From Eubacteriales bacterium (GTDB taxonomy: Bacteria > Bacillota > Clostridia > Lachnospirales > JAKSVV01), in NCBI GenBank assembly GCA_031549455.1, contig JAVBPT010000020.1, forward strand, positions 1 to 63,343: 63,343 nt of DNA, read 5' to 3'. Every line of letters starts with the position of its first letter. The stretch's first letter is position 1. Under the pieces are notes generated by a model. That model had not been told where the DNA came from and made no database searches. It was given only the letters and a program-made list of their open reading frames with translations. The translations under genes were made by a program, and so were the position numbers. Shown here one piece after another: positions 56,857 to 63,343 of this stretch.

Positions 56857-58838
56857 ATTTCCTCCACTTTCTGCTTTTTAGGGATTTCAATGACAAACTC
56901 TGTAGAAATTCCCTTTTCCACAGCTACCTTGATGTCACCGTCAAATTTACTTTTAATGGTCGTGTAAGAGATGTAGAGACCGAGTCCGGTTCCTTTTGCC
57001 CCCTTTGAGGTGTACATTTCTTTAAAAATCTTATTCAGGATGGCATCTTTAATACCGCCTGCATAATCTTTTACAGAAATATAAATAAGTTCAGAATCAG
57101 AGTGAACTCGTATCTCGATAATTCCCTTTCGATTCGCATAAGCATCAATTGAATTTGCAATCATGTTGGTAATAACTTGAACAAGGGCCACGATGCTTCC
57201 GTTCACAACTTCATTATAGCATGAATTTACTTCTTCGTCTAGGATACAATTGTGTTGTCTTAAAGAGTCAGTTGTGATTAATCTTACTCGTTTTATAAGG
57301 TCATCAATGGAAAATTCAACATTGTGTTCTTGCGATGTGGCGGCAACCTGATCCTTGATGGTTGAGATTACGTCATTCATATAGGCAATCTGCTTACTTG
57401 CTTTCAATACCCACGCCATCATATCGATTGCAATATCTTCATGATCCTTTCTAGTAACATCGTCATTATAAATAGATTGTTTATATTCCTTAATCAGTTC
57501 ACTTAATGATTCTACATTTCCAGAGAGGGCAAAAATAGGTGTTTTTAGGTTATGGGCAATTCCGCCAATGAATTGTCCAATGGACAACATTTTTTCTCGC
57601 TCAACTAACACGTTTTGTTCCTCTTCTTTCATCTTTTGGAACTCATTAAAAGCGGATTCTAGCTCGCCAATTTCATCATCAGAAGTAATGGGAAGTGTTT
57701 TTGTTTTATTTGATTTCCGAATCAGGTCACGTAAACTCCTTGCCACGTCTTTTATATCTGTGGAGAGAGATTTCGAGAAGTAAAAAAGTATAACAGAATT
57801 AATGGCAAAAAGAACCAAAAAGGAGAGAATAAATATAAGCAATAGTTGGGTTGAGATCATATGAAATTTTATCCCTATGTAATAGACTTGATTATCAAAT
57901 TCAAATTTTAAAACCGCCGCTTGTTCATCCACGCCATAATATTCATATGCTCTGCCATTGTGGAGATCATAATAAGTATATATATACTTGATAAAGAATT
58001 TGCTGTATGTTTTGGAGCCATTCTTCTTAATAATTATGCCGTCTTGATTTATCAGAAAAGTATCATTGCTTTTATCAATTCGTTCAATATTACTTGTAGT
58101 TTCAAAGATTTCGTTTATCGTGGAATAAGAGCCGGATCTAATGTCGGATGCTATTTTTTCTAGTTCGGCTTTATAGGTGTAGAAAAGCACATCTGCTTTT
58201 TCTCTAGTTAAGTAAACATATCCGATCAGAGAGGTCATAAGGATCGCAACAGAAAACATGGGAATGATCTGCATAAAAATACTACCGCTGAGCCCAAACT
58301 TAAAGTTGTCCTTTTTGATTTTCATTCCTTCGTCTGACGAGTACTCTGAGAATTTGGAAACAATAATTTTTTTAATCTCGTTTTTGACCATCAAGAAGGA
58401 AATAATAGCGGCCAAGGTGAGTGAGGTAAAGACGAGTGTTATAAATTTAAATATTAAAATAATAGACGCATTCATAAAAGTAAGAAGGACTACCAAACCA
58501 AACGTTGGAATGAATATCTTCGTGATATAGGTGTTGATAGGGAAACGATAAAGTTTTTGTTTTGCATCTTTTTCACTTAGCGCATTATTAATAAGACATA
58601 TTTGAAAAGATACAACAATGATTTCAAATATAATGGTGAATAAAAATATAGAGGTATATTGCATGTCATATGTGTACTTTTCAAGCTCTATTTGAAAAAT
58701 ATTGTTAACAGAATCGGGTGGATAATTAAGAACGTAAGGCACTAAAAAATAAAAGCCTATTAAAACAAAAATATTTACAATGGTGTAAAAACCCATTATC
58801 TTCATTATATTTTTAGTATCTAATACCTTTTTGTTCAT
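56853..58838 (-). CDS. Multi-TM HAMP sensor histidine kinase
   Basis: About 6 TM segments and an extracellular loop; DEIGELESAFN, IAHNLKTPI, NMIANSIDA, DYAGGI, TSKGAKGTGLGL; RBS GAGGTGGGG overlaps the NRPS stop. Confidence 0.93.
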   Translation of the reverse strand: MNKKVLDTKNIMKIMGFYTIVNIFVLIGFYFLVPYVLNYPPDSVNNIFQIELEKYTYDMQYTSIFLFTIIFEIIVVSFQICLINNALSEKDAKQKLYRFPINTYITKIFIPTFGLVVLLTFMNASIILIFKFITLVFTSLTLAAIISFLMVKNEIKKIIVSKFSEYSSDEGMKIKKDNFKFGLSGSIFMQIIPMFSVAILMTSLIGYVYLTREKADVLFYTYKAELEKIASDIRSGSYSTINEIFETTSNIERIDKSNDTFLINQDGIIIKKNGSKTYSKFFIKYIYTYYDLHNGRAYEYYGVDEQAAVLKFEFDNQVYYIGIKFHMISTQLLLIFILSFLVLFAINSVILFYFSKSLSTDIKDVARSLRDLIRKSNKTKTLPITSDDEIGELESAFNEFQKMKEEEQNVLVEREKMLSIGQFIGGIAHNLKTPIFALSGNVESLSELIKEYKQSIYNDDVTRKDHEDIAIDMMAWVLKASKQIAYMNDVISTIKDQVAATSQEHNVEFSIDDLIKRVRLITTDSLRQHNCILDEEVNSCYNEVVNGSIVALVQVITNMIANSIDAYANRKGIIEIRVHSDSELIYISVKDYAGGIKDAILNKIFKEMYTSKGAKGTGLGLYISYTTIKSKFDGDIKVAVEKGISTEFVIEIPKKQKVEEI

Positions 58839-58846
58839 CCCCCACC

Positions 58847-61800
58847 TCACACTTTAATATTTTTTATGTATTCTTCATCTATTTGATCCCATCTGAAGTC
58901 TAAATTTGATAGTATGGTATTCGAAACCGAATTGGATAATGCAATGTTACTGTTTAGCGAGAGCTTGTTCTCCCTATAAAACAGAGTCATGAGCGCATGA
59001 TACTTATCTTGGTTAAAACGAATCAATTTGTCTAAATACTGAACAAACTCGGTTGCGGATTGCTTTTCTTGATTTGAAATATTGAGATAACTCAGTATTT
59101 TCCTAATTTTTATATAGTTGTCATTATATAAATGGAAACAAATTTGATCTGTTTTGGTGTTCACCAAACTGACTATGGCAGAAGCACATTGGTCAACAGG
59201 TGTGATCTCTACATAATGATCTAAAATCTCATCTGATATTTTTTCTAAAGAGATGAGTTCCTGCAATAGGTTATAGAAAAAATTCTCTTCTTTATTTATT
59301 TGCAATTTTGAACAGTTTTTCCCCCAGGTTAAGTTTCCGACTCTATAAATCCTTGATTTTAAACCTTTATTTTGTATTGCATTTAATACTTTTACCTCGG
59401 CTTCAAATTTTGTATCTATATATACATTTTGTTCATATTTTTGGTTGATGTAAAGGTGATTTTCGGTAAAAATGGCTTCTTTATCTGTCTCAACAAGATA
59501 ATTGCCGGAAACAGAGGTTGTTGAAATATGATGCATGGTTATATTTCTGTTAAGACAAAAGTCAATAATGTTTTCTGTTCCCAACACATTTGTATTGTAA
59601 AAGTCTTTATAATTGCCAAAATGTTTTACGTTGGCTGCGCAGTGTATAACATCTGTTAATCCGAAGTTGTCGTCGAATGAACTCAAATTTTTTTTCGTTA
59701 TATCTCCGCTAACAATATGTATCTTACAGATCATTTGATCGGATACATCCGAACCAAAGTAATAAGAAAGAATATTTTTCAATCGAATTTGGCCATCTAA
59801 AGAATTGCCTCTGATTAAGCAATATATGTTTTCGATGTTTTGATCATACAATTCTTTTAAGATATGTATTCCTAAAAAACCAGTACCACCGGTGATTAAA
59901 ATCGAATGGGAATTGGGCGAGTCTTTTTTTATAAACGGCGAATCTGGATTTTGAATATTTATAATATGATTCACGGGGATAGTATTCTTTGGTCTGGAGC
60001 TTTTAAGTAGCTCTTCAATGGTACCATTATTATAAATTTCCTCTATCGTGAAGTTGAGACCAACCTTTTGTAGGGAAAAGGCGAGCTTGAGTACATTTAT
60101 GGAATCTCCTCCTATATTGAAAAAATTTTGGTTGATGCCAACATATTCTTTATTTAAAATTTCACCAAATGTTTTGGACATTAATTTCTCAATCTTGCTT
60201 ATGGGTGGCTTTATTTCTGATAAATTTGCCAGCTGTCTTTCATCCATCATTTTTTTAATGTCAACTTTTCCATTTGAGGTTAAAGGAATGCTTTTTAGTT
60301 GGTATATTTCGCTAGGTACCATATAAGAAGGGATTGTTCTTAAAAGTTCTCCTTTAAGAACATCTGCATTCAAAATCTTATCGGAAACAATAAAAGCGAT
60401 GATTCTATAACTAAAATCTGTTTTTTCTGGAATAATAGTGACTTGTCTTACCCATGGGAATTCTTTTATCTTGGATTCAATTTCACCGAGTTCGACTCGA
60501 AAGCCCCTTATTTGGACTTGATTATCTTTTCTTCCGAGATAAACTAGATCACCGTTATCCAAAATCTTAGCCATATCCCCTGACCTATAGGCTTTTTCTT
60601 TCGAGTATTCACATTTTATAAATCTTTCATTTGTAAGCGTTTCATTATTTAAATAGCCGCGTGCGACACCATCTCCCAATACATAAATTTCGCCCTCTAT
60701 CCCTTTTGGCAGGAGTTTTAAATTTTTATCTAGTAAAAGCAATTTAAGTGTGGGAATAGGTTTTCCTATATTACTAATATTTGTAGTAATCTCATTATAA
60801 GTTATTTTTTTGAATGTACAGTGAACGGTTGTTTCCGTTATACCATACATATTCACGAACTTTATACCCTTATTTAATCTTCTCCATTCTTTAATAAGGA
60901 AAGGCTTGAATTCTTCCCCACCAAATATCACATACCTTAGTTTTAGATTTCGAATGATTTCCTCGTTTTTTTCTATTAGGAAATTAGAAAAAGAGGACGG
61001 GGTCTGATTTAAAACGGTCACTCTCTTATCTGAAATATACTTTAAAAAGAGGTCGTGGTTTAGAGTCATTTTTTCATCAATGATTAGAAGTTTACCACCA
61101 TATAAAAGGGCACCATACATTTCCCAAACTGAAAAATCAAAAGCGAATGAGTGAAAAAGTGTCCATACATCTTCGCTGTTAAAATAGTATTGAAATTTGG
61201 AGTTTTTCATTAATCGAACAACATTTTTGTGTTCGATCATAACACCTTTTGGTTTTCCCGTGCTGCCAGAAGTATAGATAACGTATAGAAGATCGCTTGG
61301 GGAATTAATTGGTTCGGGGTTGGTTTTATTTGCCACTTTTTCTAAAGAATCCATATCGATTTCAATTCTTTCATATTTAAAATCCAAATTTTCTACGTTG
61401 CAATTTTTTGTAAGCAAAATCTTAGCATTGCTGTTTTCCAGAATATATCTTTTTCTATCATCGGGGTAGCTTGGTAAAATAGGCAGGTAGGCGCCCCCTG
61501 CCTTTATGATGGAAATTGCTGCTAAAACCATTTCAATACTACGCTCTGCCATTATAGCCACGATGGTTTGACGGGTGACCCCTTTTTCTTTTAGTATTCT
61601 AGAAAGTTGGTTGGCTTTTTCATTTAGTTCTCTATAGGTGATTTTCAAATTATCATGCTCAATGGCAATGTTATCCGGCGTTTTAACTACCTGTTCTTCG
61701 AAAAGCTGATGCACTAATTTGCTTTTGGGATAAGATGCCTCTGCACCATTATAAGTATATAACAGTTCTTTTTCTTCTCTTTTTGAGATTAGTTTCAATT

Positions 61801-63097
61801 GTGACAGAGGTTTGCTACTATTTACTATCCCATCTAGTAGCAGATTTGTGATGTGTGTATACATTCCTTCTATTTCCCAATCTGAGAAAAGAGAACTTAG
61901 GTAGTCGATATTAAAGTTAAAATTGTTCTGGGCTTCTCGATCACTAACATGAATGGTTAGAGGAGTAATTTCGTTTTCCATAAATACCCATGTGTTCTCC
62001 GCGGGGAAATTTTTTGCATCATCATATTTTGCATTTTGGTATGAAAAGACAATATCATATAGATTGTCTTGCGTGTGGTGACTTTTTCTATAATACTGTT
62101 GGATATCATTGTAGGAGTAATTTTGATGCTTCAAAAGACCGTTAATCTCTTTTTCTATAATTTTTATATTATCAAAAAAGCATAGATTTTCATTAAGCTT
62201 GGCTCGTATAGGCATTACCTTAGCAAATAGCCCCGCTGCATTTTTTTCCTTTACCCCATTTCGGTTTAGGGTGGGGGTACCTATTGCAATATCCTCTTTG
62301 CCACCAACCCTTAAAAAGTATGTGAATACAGCAGTCATAAACAGAACAAAAGGAGTGATATTCATCTCTTTACAATATACTTTTAAAGCATTTGATATAC
62401 GTCGACTAAGTTTATAATTTTTCCGGACTGCTTTTGAATCGAGGAAATGTCTGCTGATTTGCTTATGAAATGTAAACTCACTGGGAGTAGAAAACTTATC
62501 CTCCCAATACATTTGATCTTTTTTATGTCCATCTGATAAAACATACAATTTTTCTCTTTCCAAAAGGGTTAGCGAAGAGGGAAACGAAATAGAGTCAATA
62601 TTTTCATCACTATCCAATTGGTTTAAGAAGTTCGATACCTGAGATACCAGTAAGGAAAGACCCCAGGCATCTACTATTAAATGGTGGAGTTTAAGCGCAT
62701 ATCCGGTGGTTCCATCAGGATACTGAATAATGTATGGACAATACAAACTGTCCGAAAAAATATTAATAGGTTCTTTTAAACGATCTGTTATAATTTTAGC
62801 TGCTTCATTATCGGTTTTGTTAGACAGATCGAGCAGTTCTACTTTCTTGCATTTATATTCTCTGATATACTGCATTGCATTTCCATTCATCTGGATAAAA
62901 GAGATCCTAAGGGCTTCATTTTTTTTAGAAAGCTCATTCAAAATAAAATCTAAAACATGAATATTTACGTCTACCTTAAACTTTGCATAGCCGGCTATAT
63001 TAAAAATATTTGTTCCAGGATAAAAAAACTCAGCATGATAAATGCTAATCTGTGGTTCGGATAAATTATAAAGATTCTTTTCGATGGGATGTTTCAT
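58847..63097 (-). CDS. Single-module NRPS, C-A-T-R (terminal thioester reductase), predicted Thr-specific
   Basis: C: LSEPQ, HHLIVDAW. A: YVIYTSGSTGKPKG, NMYGITE, YRSGD, GRKDNQVQIRGFRVELGEIE, NGKVD. T: FFNIGGDSI. R: ITGGTGFLG, HCAANV, YIDTK. Start set at ATG 63097. Confidence 0.95.
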   Translation of the reverse strand: MKHPIEKNLYNLSEPQISIYHAEFFYPGTNIFNIAGYAKFKVDVNIHVLDFILNELSKKNEALRISFIQMNGNAMQYIREYKCKKVELLDLSNKTDNEAAKIITDRLKEPINIFSDSLYCPYIIQYPDGTTGYALKLHHLIVDAWGLSLLVSQVSNFLNQLDSDENIDSISFPSSLTLLEREKLYVLSDGHKKDQMYWEDKFSTPSEFTFHKQISRHFLDSKAVRKNYKLSRRISNALKVYCKEMNITPFVLFMTAVFTYFLRVGGKEDIAIGTPTLNRNGVKEKNAAGLFAKVMPIRAKLNENLCFFDNIKIIEKEINGLLKHQNYSYNDIQQYYRKSHHTQDNLYDIVFSYQNAKYDDAKNFPAENTWVFMENEITPLTIHVSDREAQNNFNFNIDYLSSLFSDWEIEGMYTHITNLLLDGIVNSSKPLSQLKLISKREEKELLYTYNGAEASYPKSKLVHQLFEEQVVKTPDNIAIEHDNLKITYRELNEKANQLSRILKEKGVTRQTIVAIMAERSIEMVLAAISIIKAGGAYLPILPSYPDDRKRYILENSNAKILLTKNCNVENLDFKYERIEIDMDSLEKVANKTNPEPINSPSDLLYVIYTSGSTGKPKGVMIEHKNVVRLMKNSKFQYYFNSEDVWTLFHSFAFDFSVWEMYGALLYGGKLLIIDEKMTLNHDLFLKYISDKRVTVLNQTPSSFSNFLIEKNEEIIRNLKLRYVIFGGEEFKPFLIKEWRRLNKGIKFVNMYGITETTVHCTFKKITYNEITTNISNIGKPIPTLKLLLLDKNLKLLPKGIEGEIYVLGDGVARGYLNNETLTNERFIKCEYSKEKAYRSGDMAKILDNGDLVYLGRKDNQVQIRGFRVELGEIESKIKEFPWVRQVTIIPEKTDFSYRIIAFIVSDKILNADVLKGELLRTIPSYMVPSEIYQLKSIPLTSNGKVDIKKMMDERQLANLSEIKPPISKIEKLMSKTFGEILNKEYVGINQNFFNIGGDSINVLKLAFSLQKVGLNFTIEEIYNNGTIEELLKSSRPKNTIPVNHIINIQNPDSPFIKKDSPNSHSILITGGTGFLGIHILKELYDQNIENIYCLIRGNSLDGQIRLKNILSYYFGSDVSDQMICKIHIVSGDITKKNLSSFDDNFGLTDVIHCAANVKHFGNYKDFYNTNVLGTENIIDFCLNRNITMHHISTTSVSGNYLVETDKEAIFTENHLYINQKYEQNVYIDTKFEAEVKVLNAIQNKGLKSRIYRVGNLTWGKNCSKLQINKEENFFYNLLQELISLEKISDEILDHYVEITPVDQCASAIVSLVNTKTDQICFHLYNDNYIKIRKILSYLNISNQEKQSATEFVQYLDKLIRFNQDKYHALMTLFYRENKLSLNSNIALSNSVSNTILSNLDFRWDQIDEEYIKNIKV

Positions 63098-63149
63098 GCT
63101 AAACCTATCCTTTAAAATATTTGCGACAAGAATCGACTTTATGAATATA

Positions 63150-63177
63150 ATCATACAACTTTTTTTTCTATAGTCAA
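63150..63177 (-). promoter_or_regulatory. Sigma-A-type promoter of the NRPS operon
   Basis: TTGACT-16 nt-TATGAT on the minus strand. Confidence 0.5.
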
Positions 63178-63202
63178 TAATTCTATTGGTGATCGAAGGA
63201 TT

Positions 63203-63232
63203 AAAAAAAGAACTTCGTATGAAGTTCTTTTT
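63203..63232 (-). terminator. Terminator isolating the NRPS operon from the upstream gene
   Basis: aaaaagaacttc-gtat-gaagttcttttt hairpin with flanking A/T tracts. Confidence 0.85.
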
Positions 63233-63242
63233 AAGGATAGAA

Positions 63243-63341
63243 TTAGTCACGAACGTAGATTACGATACCGATTTCATCATCAAAACTTCCGTCATTATCA
63301 GTGTCAAGTTGTAGTAGATATACAGTTGTCACATCAGAGTC
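63243..63341 (-). CDS. C-terminal end of an upstream gene (partial)
   Basis: ...DSDVTTVYLLQLDTDNDGSFDDEIGIVIYVRD* with a DxDxDG-like motif, followed by a terminator. Confidence 0.6.
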   Translation of the reverse strand, partial: DSDVTTVYLLQLDTDNDGSFDDEIGIVIYVRD

Positions 63342-63343
63342 AG

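Noticed and set aside
63098..63250. N-terminal extension of the NRPS
   Set aside because: It spans a terminator and promoter; the C-domain N-terminus begins just after ATG 63097.

Overview
Low-GC Firmicute (Clostridia-like, probably spore-forming and flagellated) chromosomal segment. Housekeeping genes (polC, rlmB, whiA, folC, rpmG-secE-nusG-rplKAJL, prs, engB/ysxC, tRNA-Ser) alternate with accessory blocks. (1) An SLH protein plus a 1.7k-aa surface protein carrying an unusual Cys/His repeat. (2) A rearranged agr quorum-sensing locus whose agrD peptide gene (22952-23062, minus strand) is missing from the ORF track and is divergent from agrB. (3) A MazF/PemK-like domain fused to a long coiled coil. 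(4) A Tad-like pilus/secretion locus headed by a frameshifted Ser/Thr kinase-ParA fusion and interrupted by a BRO-N gene flanked by a degenerate duplication. (5) A fliK-flgD-flgE unit with a sigma-28 promoter. (6) The best candidate for an undescribed system: a single-module, predicted Thr-activating C-A-T-R NRPS tightly coupled to a membrane histidine kinase and a REC-HD-GYP c-di-GMP phosphodiesterase, i.e. a possible 'make signal, sense signal, degrade c-di-GMP' cassette. No CRISPR array, integrase, transposase or rRNA was seen. All calls rest on reading motifs by eye; no database searches were run.
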